Shown here: piece after piece, positions 1 through 8,042 of the stretch
Layout: each line of letters starts with the position of its first letter
Numbering within the stretch: the first letter of the stretch is position 1
Origin: an uncultured Christensenellaceae bacterium
Lineage (GTDB): Bacteria; Bacillota; Clostridia; Christensenellales; UBA3700
Assembly: GCA_944381315.1 (NCBI GenBank)
Contig: CALWKR010000031.1
Location: 410-64,409 of the forward strand
Reading direction: 5' to 3'
Length of the DNA: 64,000 bases
Notes under the pieces: generated by a model
The model's input: only the letters and a program-made list of their open reading frames with translations
Told to the model about the DNA's origin: nothing
Database searches by the model: none
Program-made: the position numbers and the translations under genes

Positions 1-637
1 TTGGATATTAGACATAATTCATAGTTAACATTAAGTAATGCTCAGGTTTTTATTGCATTGCAGGCAAAAATTTGTTATAATTAGTTAACAAATAAAATAC
101 ATAAATTAGGCTAATTTGTGTATTTTTCTTTAACTGGTTTTTTGGTGCCTGTGTTTGTTAACTTGACTTTTGTATTCTTGAAGGAAATCGTGCAAAACCG
201 AATTATAGGCATTTGCAGACGGAGCGGAAAAGGGTATGCAAAAAAGGCTGATCGAAAAGCTCAGCAAATTTGCGCTTTACAAGTTGAGAGTTAAATATCG
301 GGCGAGAAGTGTAGTACACATATGCCAATCATAAAAACAGCGGCATAGATGTTTGCCGCCGATTTACAAAGGATGCCCTCGGTGCGTTGCGTCGCTCACG
401 AATGCTATTGAGGTGTTGTGTTACTTGTGATTACCGCTCGAAGCATTGCATCGCTCTCGGTTGCCTCTCAAGGAGTTATGTTACTCGTGATTGTCGCTTG
501 GATGTGTCCCGGCGCGCTTTTGGCCATATGCCGCCGATTTGCGAGAGTCGGATATTGCGGTTGTCTATTCGCAGTGCCAAGCTCGACGGCGACTTTGTCT
601 CAAAAACTCGCTCTATTCTCTTTCTCGCAACGCAAGA

Positions 638-1246
638 TCAATCCTTGAACTTGCCTTCTATCTTGCGGCCCTTGAAGTAGTACTCCTCATCGCGGGCGTC
701 GATCTTGCGGAGCACGCGGCAGGGGGTGCCGACGGCGACGACGCCGGGCGGAATATCGCGCGTGACTACGCTGCCTGCGCCGATCACGGTGTCGTTGCCT
801 ATCGTGACTCCGGGGAGGATGACGGCGCCTGCGCCTATCCAGCAATTTTCGCCGATACGGACGGGCGCGTTGTATTGGGCATGCCATTGGCGGCGCAAGC
901 GCGGCGAGACGGGATGACCTGCGGTGGCGATCGTGACATTGGGCATCGTATGGCTGCCGACATAGATGTGGGTGTCGTCAACGAGCGTGAGCGCGAAGTT
1001 GGCGTAGACGTGATCGCCGAAGTGGACGTGTTTGCAGCCCCAATTGGAGTAGAGCGGCGGCTCTATGTAGCAGCCCTCGCCTATGTCGCCGAACATTTCG
1101 CGGAGCAGGCGCTGTCTTTGCTCGTATTGCGTGGGGCGGGTGGCGTTGAAGTCATAGAGCTTTTCGAGCAAGCGGTCCTGAGTCGAGGTCAAGTCGCCTT
1201 CGGACGGGTCGAACAGCGCGCCGGAGTGCAAAAAATCGAAGTCCAT
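638..1246 (-). CDS. maa: Maltose/galactoside O-acetyltransferase (hexapeptide-repeat acyltransferase)
   Basis: 202-aa ORF. ATG at 1246 is preceded by GGAGG. Maa/LacA-like N-terminus, then hexapeptide repeats (IGENCWIGAGAVILPGVTIGNDTVIGAGSVV). Confidence 0.85.
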   Translation of the reverse strand: MDFDFLHSGALFDPSEGDLTSTQDRLLEKLYDFNATRPTQYEQRQRLLREMFGDIGEGCYIEPPLYSNWGCKHVHFGDHVYANFALTLVDDTHIYVGSHTMPNVTIATAGHPVSPRLRRQWHAQYNAPVRIGENCWIGAGAVILPGVTIGNDTVIGAGSVVTRDIPPGVVAVGTPCRVLRKIDARDEEYYFKGRKIEGKFKD

Positions 1247-1255
1247 TTTTCCTCC

Positions 1256-1284
1256 AAAAAAAGGAGCCGCCTCGCGACGGCTCC
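1256..1284 (-). terminator. Rho-independent terminator after the GH3 gene
   Basis: Stem GGAGCCG (1263-1269) pairs with CGGCTCC (1278-1284). On the minus strand it is followed by a T7 run (A-run 1256-1262 on plus). Confidence 0.6.
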
Positions 1285-1291
1285 GATATGT

Positions 1292-3766
1292 TTAGATAGA
1301 TTTGAGCAACGGCCCCAGCTTGGGGATCGCGCCCGGGATGCCGGCGAGGATGCGGCAGAAGCCCTTGAATGTCGAGCCGTCGTCGTTGAGGATCTCGAGG
1401 AAGCCCTTTGCCATCTTCTCGCTGAACACGCCCATCGACATTGCGATGAAGTTGCGGATCGGGATCTGCAAAGCCATTGCCTTCATCATGTTGGCTTGGC
1501 CGGCGTTCTCGCCCTCGGCAGGCGCTTCGTCGCCGCCCATCATCTTCATTATGAGATTGCACAATCTGCCGCCCCACTTGGTGTGGCGCGCGTCTTCGAG
1601 GCAATTGTAGATGCCGATCGGCTTGGTCGTGTCCATCTCGCGGACGGGAAGCTCGCCGTAGAGCGCGCTCCACTCGTCATCAGAGACGCCCTGCACCGCC
1701 GCCTTGTAATAGGACGGCGCGCTCGCGCGGTAGTCGCGGATGGGCGCGTTGCACTTGCTGTCAACGGTGAGCTTGGCGCTGAGCTTGATGTCGCGCGACG
1801 ACGCTCCGACGAGTATGTCGAACTCGCCGCTCTCCACTTGCCAATCGCCGAGGTCGACGTTGTAGAACGCGAACGCGCGCTTGCCGAGCTCTATCTCGAC
1901 GCGCTTGCTCTCGCCTGCTTTGAGGAACACTTTGGCGAAGCCTTTGAGCTCCTTCTCGGGGCGGAATATCGTGGACTCGACGTCCTTGACATAGACTTGG
2001 GCGACTTCGGCCCCGTCGCGGTCGCCGACATTGGTGACGGTGAACGAAACGGTGACTTTGCCGTCGTCGTCGATCTTGGACGCGGACAGCGCGATGTCGG
2101 AATAGGCGAACGACGTGTAGGAAAGTCCGTAACCGAACGGGAATGCGACTGCCTTGCCTGCGGTGTCGTAATAGCGATAGCCTATGTAGACGCTCTCCTT
2201 GTGCTCGGACGCGACGCGCTGAGGATAGTTGCCCCAAGTCGGATTGTCCTCGACGGAGAACGGCCATGTCTCGGCGGTCTTGCCGCTCGGGTTGACTTCG
2301 CCGGCGATGAGCCTTGCGACTGCGGAGCCGCCTGCCTCGCCGCCGAGCAGCGAGTTGAGAACGCCCTTGACTTTGGGCAGCCAAGGCAACGCGATCACGG
2401 AGCCGCCTGCAAGCACCACGACGGTGTTGGGATTGGCGGCGGCGACTGCCTCTATCAATGCGTTGTGGCAGCCGGGCATGTCGATCGACGTGCGGTCATA
2501 GCCCTCCGCCTCGAATTCTTCGGTCAAGCCTGCGAATACGATCGCGACGTCGGCCGCCTTTGCCTTGGCGACGGCGTCCGCGACGAGCGCGTCATCGACT
2601 TTGTCGACGCCCTTGACGTAGCCCTGCGCGTACTCTGCCTTGTAGCCGAGCGCGGTGAGCGCGTCCCATGCGTTGTCGAGCTTGATCGCGTTGATGATGC
2701 TGGATCCTGCGCCTTGATAGCGCGGCTCCTTTGCCATCTGTCCGATCACGGCGATCGTCTTGTCCTTGGCGATCGGGAGGATGCGATCCTCGTTCTTCAT
2801 CAACACCATGGAGTTTTCCGCCGCCTCGCGCGCAACGACGTGATTGCGGTCATAGTCGCATTCATCCTTTGCCGTTTCGAGCGTATGCTTGGCTTTGAGC
2901 ACAAGATCGACTATCCTGTCGACGACTGCGTCGAGCTCCTCTTGTTTGAGCGAACCGTCCTCGATCGCCTTCTTGATCTTGGGCTGATTGTACTTGCCGG
3001 AAGACGGCATTTCGAGATCTGTGCCGGCTTTGATGCCGAGCGGTCTGTCCACGCTCGCGCCCCAATCGGTCACGACGAGGCCCTTGAAGCCCCATTCGTC
3101 GCGGAGCACCTGCTTTTGGAGCCACATGTTTTGCGAACAATATTCGCCGTTGAGGCGGTTGTACGCATTCATGATCGTCCACGGCTGAGCCTCCTTGACG
3201 GCGATCTCGTATTGGGTGAGATAGATCTCGCGCAGCGCGCGCTCGTCCACGCACTCGTTGACGAGCATGCGGAACGCCTCTTGCGAGTTGACCGCAAAGT
3301 GCTTGAGCGACGTGCCTATCCCCTTGGACTGAACGCCGTTGATGAATGCGGCGGCGCACTTGCCGGCAAGATAGGGGTCCTCGGAATAGTACTCAAAATT
3401 GCGTCCGCAAAGCGGCGAACGCTTGATGTTGGCGCCGGGGCCGAGCAGCACGGAGACCTTCTCGCGTATGCACTCGTCCGCTATCGCCGCGCCCATCTTG
3501 TAGGCGACGTCGGGATCCCACGAACAAGCCACAGTCGCGGCAGGCGGCATGCACGTCGCGGGGACGGAGTTGCCGAGAGGGGCGCCGCCCTTCTTCTTTT
3601 TGTCTTTTTTGTCGTTCTTCTTGCGCAGACCGTGCGGCCCGTCGGTGACCATGATGGACGGCAACCCGTATTGGGGGAACGCCTTGGTCGTCCAATAGTC
3701 CTTGCCGCAGACGATGTCTGCCTTTTCGTCGAGAGTCATCTTCCCGACAATTTCCGGATGCTTCAT
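1292..3766 (-). CDS. Glycoside hydrolase family 3 beta-glucosidase
   Basis: 824-aa ORF with an SD (GGGAGAAG) before the ATG. GH3 N-terminal domain with nucleophile context GLVVTDWGA. GH3 C-terminal and Fn3-like domains by length and sequence character. No signal peptide. Confidence 0.9.
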   Translation of the reverse strand: MKHPEIVGKMTLDEKADIVCGKDYWTTKAFPQYGLPSIMVTDGPHGLRKKNDKKDKKKKGGAPLGNSVPATCMPPAATVACSWDPDVAYKMGAAIADECIREKVSVLLGPGANIKRSPLCGRNFEYYSEDPYLAGKCAAAFINGVQSKGIGTSLKHFAVNSQEAFRMLVNECVDERALREIYLTQYEIAVKEAQPWTIMNAYNRLNGEYCSQNMWLQKQVLRDEWGFKGLVVTDWGASVDRPLGIKAGTDLEMPSSGKYNQPKIKKAIEDGSLKQEELDAVVDRIVDLVLKAKHTLETAKDECDYDRNHVVAREAAENSMVLMKNEDRILPIAKDKTIAVIGQMAKEPRYQGAGSSIINAIKLDNAWDALTALGYKAEYAQGYVKGVDKVDDALVADAVAKAKAADVAIVFAGLTEEFEAEGYDRTSIDMPGCHNALIEAVAAANPNTVVVLAGGSVIALPWLPKVKGVLNSLLGGEAGGSAVARLIAGEVNPSGKTAETWPFSVEDNPTWGNYPQRVASEHKESVYIGYRYYDTAGKAVAFPFGYGLSYTSFAYSDIALSASKIDDDGKVTVSFTVTNVGDRDGAEVAQVYVKDVESTIFRPEKELKGFAKVFLKAGESKRVEIELGKRAFAFYNVDLGDWQVESGEFDILVGASSRDIKLSAKLTVDSKCNAPIRDYRASAPSYYKAAVQGVSDDEWSALYGELPVREMDTTKPIGIYNCLEDARHTKWGGRLCNLIMKMMGGDEAPAEGENAGQANMMKAMALQIPIRNFIAMSMGVFSEKMAKGFLEILNDDGSTFKGFCRILAGIPGAIPKLGPLLKSI

Positions 3767-3811
3767 TTTCTTCTCCCTTACCCCTTCGGGGTCTTGATTA
3801 GGCTATAATAC

Positions 3812-3841
3812 ATTATAGCACAGGCGCGCACATATTGTCCA
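3812..3841 (-). promoter_or_regulatory. Sigma-A-type promoter for the GH3 gene (TGGACA-18-TGcTATAAT)
   Basis: Minus strand reads TGGACA (3836-3841), an 18-nt spacer, and an extended -10 TGCTATAAT (3812-3820), about 45 nt upstream of the ATG. Confidence 0.55.
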
Positions 3842-3873
3842 TAAAATGAATACACTCCGAGCCGCGTCTTTAC

Positions 3874-4914
3874 TCATTTTTGCAAGGTGCGCTTTTTGCG
3901 CCTCAAAACGACGATCAGCGTTGCGATCGCGCATATCACGGCGGCAACCGCTATCGCTCCGCATACCGCCGCCGCGGTGTAGGCGCCCTTTTTGTCGTCA
4001 AAATCTTGAACAGAATTGACATATGGCGCGAAGTCGTCGCAGGCAAAGACTTTTACGTCTTTGATCACAAAGTCGTTGGCGCCGTCGTCGGCGTTCTCGA
4101 ATGCGCCGATCTTCTGGCCGTAGGGGCCGTAGACTGCGTATTCGGGATCGCGTATCTCCACCGTCAGGCGCAAGAACTCGGGCACCGTCGACACGCCGCG
4201 ATAGTCGGTGCGCCAAGTCTCTTCGCCGTCGACGTAGAAGATGTAAGCGTCGGGCGTCCAAAGCACCGCATAGGTGTGAAAGCGCCCGTCATAGAGATCT
4301 TTGCCCGTGTCGGCGACGTGGTCGCCGTAGCTGTACCAAGGCGCGCTGTATGCGTCGACGTGGATCGCGCTGCCCGTCTTGGTCGGATCGGACAAGAAGC
4401 TGGACTCGTAGACGTCGATCTCGGCGCCGTCCTTGCCGCCGTTGCCGATGTTGCCGACATTGTTGCTCTGCAACCAAAACGCGGACCACATGCCCGTGCC
4501 GAGAGGTACCTTGACCGTCGCTTCAAAGTAGCCGTATGCCTGCTCGAACAAGACCTCGTCGCCGTCGCGAGTCTCTATCCCCGACGTGAACACGCCGCTT
4601 TGGGGACAGATGCCTGCCGAACACTTGTGATCGTCCTCGCGGACGGACTTGACGATCAAGCCCTCGTCACCGAATTCGATCATGTCCGCGCACCAATATT
4701 CGTACTTGCGCAGTCCGTGCGGAGACGGAGCCCATACGGTGCCGTCAAGGCTGTCCAATGCAGTGAAGTCGGTGTGGAGAGTGAGACGCCAAGAATCGGG
4801 ATCCGTGTACGGGGTGCCGTCATAGACGTCCGATAAGTCTGAACAGGCGCAAAGCCCGAGCGCGACAGTCGCGATGAGCGCGACTGCCGTGATGATGAAG
4901 AATGTCTTTTTCAT
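3874..4914 (-). CDS. Glycoside hydrolase family 16 (laminarinase/beta-glucanase-like), membrane or lipid anchored
   Basis: 346 aa. Lipobox LGLCAC at the N-terminus. GH16 catalytic motif EIDVYE. C-terminal hydrophobic helix followed by RRKKR. Confidence 0.8.
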   Translation of the reverse strand: MKKTFFIITAVALIATVALGLCACSDLSDVYDGTPYTDPDSWRLTLHTDFTALDSLDGTVWAPSPHGLRKYEYWCADMIEFGDEGLIVKSVREDDHKCSAGICPQSGVFTSGIETRDGDEVLFEQAYGYFEATVKVPLGTGMWSAFWLQSNNVGNIGNGGKDGAEIDVYESSFLSDPTKTGSAIHVDAYSAPWYSYGDHVADTGKDLYDGRFHTYAVLWTPDAYIFYVDGEETWRTDYRGVSTVPEFLRLTVEIRDPEYAVYGPYGQKIGAFENADDGANDFVIKDVKVFACDDFAPYVNSVQDFDDKKGAYTAAAVCGAIAVAAVICAIATLIVVLRRKKRTLQK

Positions 4915-4930
4915 TCCGTTTCTCCTGTTG

Positions 4931-5803
4931 TCAGTGCTTGTTGTTTACGGATTTTTCGTACTTTTGTTTGAGGCTGAGCCTCACGAGCTTGTCCTTGCTC
5001 GCCATTTGGGTGATCACATCCTTGACGCACGCGTCGAGATCGCCGCCCTCGGCGTAGTCCGCCTTGAAGACGAAGTCCACTCTGCCCTCGCCGATCAGCT
5101 TCTCGCATACTTGCGGCTTGCGGCCGGAATAGACGCCGATCGAACAGCCGCCGTTGACTTTGACCAACTTCATGCACGGCACGTCGGTGACGCCGTCGCC
5201 GAAATAAATCATGTTGCGGAAGGGGACGGGGCGCTCGTTCTCGGGCACATATTGGTTGATCGTGCGATCGTCCCAAAGCTCGAGAGCCTGCTTGTTGATT
5301 CGATAGAGGAATTGAGTCTTGCCCGTGAAGTTGACCGCGACGGCGGGCCAATCGGCGACGCCGTTCTCGTCATAATGAAATTCGCACGCGTATATGCGCT
5401 TGAATTCGTGCGCGATCGACGTGCCCTCGATGATCTCTTTGAGCCCCGACGAAATGATGTAGTGCTCTATCTGCACGCCGAGAGACTTGCCGAATTCGTT
5501 GATGCGCCCGAACCACTCCGTCACGCCGTTGAAGAATCGCACGCTGCTGCCGAATTGCACAAAGTTCTCGCGGCGCACGGGCTTGCTCGCCGCCTTGCTC
5601 GAACGCAAGATCTGATACATGTACGCGAGCACGCGATCCATAGGCGCGTCGGAGTCCTCTGCAAGCGCGGTCGCCTTGTCCCAAAATGCGTCGTTCTTCA
5701 CTCCGAGCGCCGGGATCAATTCATAATTCTGCATATCGGTCGTGCACAACGTCTTGTCAAAGTCGTACATCAACGCGATGATGGGCTTTTTGGTCTTCTT
5801 CAT
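4931..5803 (-). CDS. HAD-superfamily hydrolase-like protein
   Basis: 290 aa. N-terminal DxD motif (YDFDKT) and distal GDGVTD motif, both typical of the HAD fold. SD GAGGGA. Confidence 0.6.
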   Translation of the reverse strand: MKKTKKPIIALMYDFDKTLCTTDMQNYELIPALGVKNDAFWDKATALAEDSDAPMDRVLAYMYQILRSSKAASKPVRRENFVQFGSSVRFFNGVTEWFGRINEFGKSLGVQIEHYIISSGLKEIIEGTSIAHEFKRIYACEFHYDENGVADWPAVAVNFTGKTQFLYRINKQALELWDDRTINQYVPENERPVPFRNMIYFGDGVTDVPCMKLVKVNGGCSIGVYSGRKPQVCEKLIGEGRVDFVFKADYAEGGDLDACVKDVITQMASKDKLVRLSLKQKYEKSVNNKH

Positions 5804-5810
5804 ATCCCTC

Positions 5811-5836
5811 GAAAAAGCGCACCCTGCGGATGCGCT
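5811..5836 (-). terminator. Candidate terminator after the GPH transporter gene
   Basis: Stem AGCGCA (5816-5821) pairs with TGCGCT (5831-5836). A T5 run follows on the minus strand. Confidence 0.5.
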
Positions 5837-5844
5837 TTTGATCG

Positions 5845-7587
5845 TTATTTTTCGTCGCTTTCGGCGGACTGCCCTTCGGAGCCTTGGCTTGCGCCGTCCT
5901 CGTCGGTCTTGGCGTCGTCTGTGTCTTTCTGCGCGACCTCGACGACCGATCCGTCCTCGTTCGCTCTCTCGAGCGCTTCCGCCTCTCTGAAAGCTGCCGT
6001 ATCGCTGAGCCAGGACACTTCTTCGCTATGATCTATCGATTCTTCCACCTTTTCGGCAATGCCGACCGCCTCAGCCTCTGCCTGCTCGTTGCCCTGAGCC
6101 AAGCCGAGTTCGCGCAATTGACGTACGATCTCGGCATGCTCCTTCTTGCCGAGCTTGTAGAAGATCATGGTCAAGCCCATCAGCGCCGCCGACACCGCGG
6201 ATACGATGAACGCGAGATCGAAATAGTCGAGCGCGTTGTTGATCTGCTCCTGAGTCGGAGGAACGTCGCCGCCGTAGAAGTAGGACGGCTGATAGTCCAT
6301 CGCCGACTTGACATAGGACATGACGACGAGTCCGATGTTGGTGAACACGAGCACGAGCGCGTACATGAAGGTCTGGATGAAGCCTTCGAGCCTCTTGCCC
6401 GTCTTGAGCTGCTGATAGTCGGACAGCTCTGCCATCATCAGCGGCTGCAACGACGCTATCGCGTTGAACAGTGACACGAATCTCAATGCGGTGATGACCA
6501 CGATGCTGACGGTGCCTTGCGGTATGTTGGCAAGTCCGACGATGCCGAGGATGAGGTAGCCTATCGTGTTGCATCCCATCCATATCATCATTATGTCCCT
6601 ATTGTTGAGCTTGCGCGTCATAAGCGGCAGCAAGACCATGTTGGGCGTGACCGCAAAACCTGTGATCAGCGTCAAAGAACCGAAGATCGCAAGGCCTTGG
6701 TCGATCGTGTCGGCATATCTCAATCTGCCGATGACGTCCGCGTCGACTTCGACGACCGAACGGCACGAACCGAGGATCAGCGCGATCGTGAAGATGATGA
6801 GCGGCTTGTTTTTCATGACAAGGCGCAAGCCTTCGATGATGCCCACCTTCTCCTTGTTCTCATTGGTGACGATGAGTCTCTCTTTGACCTTGAACAGGCA
6901 CAGCACGAGCACGAGTCCGACAGCCGCATAGATGAAGCCGAGATAGCGATACGCCATGTACTCGATGCCCTGCTTGTTGAAGTAGGACTTGATCAAGTTG
7001 CCGACAAGGTTCATGATCGTCGGAGAGAAGCCGATAACAAGCCCGATCGGCGCCCATATGTCGGTGCGTTCCTGCTGGTTGGGAGTGACGACTCCGGGCA
7101 ACATATAATATGTATTCTGGAACAGGTTCCAAAGAATGAGCGTGGGGATGCAGGTGCAATACGCGTAGATGATGCGCTGCTGCTCCGCCTCGTATTGCGG
7201 CTGCCATGTCGACAAGATCGCAAACACGGCGAGGATGGGCGCCAAGATCAATATGAAAGGCTTGTAACGCCCGAATTTGGTGTTGGTGTTTTGCAGCAGC
7301 TTGCTGAAAAACGGCTGGATGATCAAGCCGAGCACGCTGGCGATAAGACATATCCACGCGCCGTGGATGACGTCGAAATTGTAGATCGCGGGGATCTGCG
7401 TCGCCGTGATGAGTCCCGACACGACCGTGACGATCGTGCTCATACCGAACGCACTGCCGCCGAAACACAAAATCTCTTTCAGATTGAGATATCTGCCCTT
7501 GGGAGGCGTCTTCCAAAATACTTTGAGAGTTTTGGGAAGCTCTTTGATCTTTTCTTTGATGCTTGCTTTGCCGTTGTTGTCGCTCAT
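5845..7587 (-). CDS. GPH/MFS-family glycoside:cation symporter with 100-aa acidic C-terminal tail
   Basis: 580 aa and polytopic. GPH signature QNTNTKFGRYKPF. The last 100 residues are soluble and rich in Glu/Asp/Ala. SD GAGGGAGAA. Confidence 0.8.
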   Translation of the reverse strand: MSDNNGKASIKEKIKELPKTLKVFWKTPPKGRYLNLKEILCFGGSAFGMSTIVTVVSGLITATQIPAIYNFDVIHGAWICLIASVLGLIIQPFFSKLLQNTNTKFGRYKPFILILAPILAVFAILSTWQPQYEAEQQRIIYAYCTCIPTLILWNLFQNTYYMLPGVVTPNQQERTDIWAPIGLVIGFSPTIMNLVGNLIKSYFNKQGIEYMAYRYLGFIYAAVGLVLVLCLFKVKERLIVTNENKEKVGIIEGLRLVMKNKPLIIFTIALILGSCRSVVEVDADVIGRLRYADTIDQGLAIFGSLTLITGFAVTPNMVLLPLMTRKLNNRDIMMIWMGCNTIGYLILGIVGLANIPQGTVSIVVITALRFVSLFNAIASLQPLMMAELSDYQQLKTGKRLEGFIQTFMYALVLVFTNIGLVVMSYVKSAMDYQPSYFYGGDVPPTQEQINNALDYFDLAFIVSAVSAALMGLTMIFYKLGKKEHAEIVRQLRELGLAQGNEQAEAEAVGIAEKVEESIDHSEEVSWLSDTAAFREAEALERANEDGSVVEVAQKDTDDAKTDEDGASQGSEGQSAESDEK

Positions 7588-7618
7588 AGTTCTCCCTCAC
7601 GAACATAGATTTAATAAA

Positions 7619-7647
7619 ATTTTAACACGCATATCCTCATTAGTCAA
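7619..7647 (-). promoter_or_regulatory. Sigma-A-type promoter for transporter 5845-7587 (TTGACT-17-TAAAAT)
   Basis: Minus strand reads TTGACT (7642-7647), a 17-nt spacer, and TGtTAAAAT (7619-7627). Confidence 0.6.
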
Positions 7648-7985
7648 TCTTATTGCGCATTTTTTGTACAGATGAGGAGCATCTTTTTGCCGCTGCCGCC
7701 GCCGTTCGATCAAAAAAGACGTCCCTTCTTCTATGGTATTTGCTCTGCCGCCGCGTCCGTATAGACAGACCGACAAAGCGCGCCCGTCGTCGCAAACTCG
7801 GCTGCCGAGGACCGGATCGCCGTTGACATGTCTCGTCAAAATTTTGGTGCCCGTGTTTGTTATCATAGATAATATTGATCTCGGAGCCTGCCAAATAATC
7901 GCATCCTTCCCTCTCTTGCGGACGGCGCTCTCCCTATATAATTTTTATCCTAATTAAAATAAAATTAAGAAAACGGCAAATTGCC

Positions 7986-8014
7986 TTGCACAAACATTTA
8001 TCTTGTGTTAAAAT
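7986..8014 (+). promoter_or_regulatory. Sigma-A-type promoter for transporter 8043-10754 (TTGCAC-17-TAAAAT)
   Basis: TTGCAC (7986-7991), a 17-nt spacer, and TGtTAAAAT ending at 8014. It shares the 11-mer GTGTTAAAATT with the divergent promoter. Confidence 0.6.
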
Positions 8015-8042
8015 TATTTCAGTACCACATGAGGGAGATTTT

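Noticed and set aside
491-3808. 1105-aa ORF on the plus strand
   Set aside because: It runs antisense to the well-supported maa and GH3 genes. Its translation is Arg/Ala/Gly/Asp-rich low-complexity sequence typical of shadow ORFs in GC-rich DNA. No motif or start signal supports it.
7843-7861. Reading the GGTGCC motif as a sigma-54 -24 element or as a tRNA 3'-end-derived att site
   Set aside because: The reverse complement gives GGGCACC rather than TGGCAC and has no TTGC at the -12 spacing. ...GGGCACCA resembles an acceptor end, but no T-arm, integrase or tRNA gene accompanies any copy.
7597-7866. 89-aa ORF ending 10 nt upstream of the transporter start
   Set aside because: It overlaps and lies upstream of the predicted transporter promoter. 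It has no SD, and its N-terminus simply spells the reverse complement of the GGTGCC motif.
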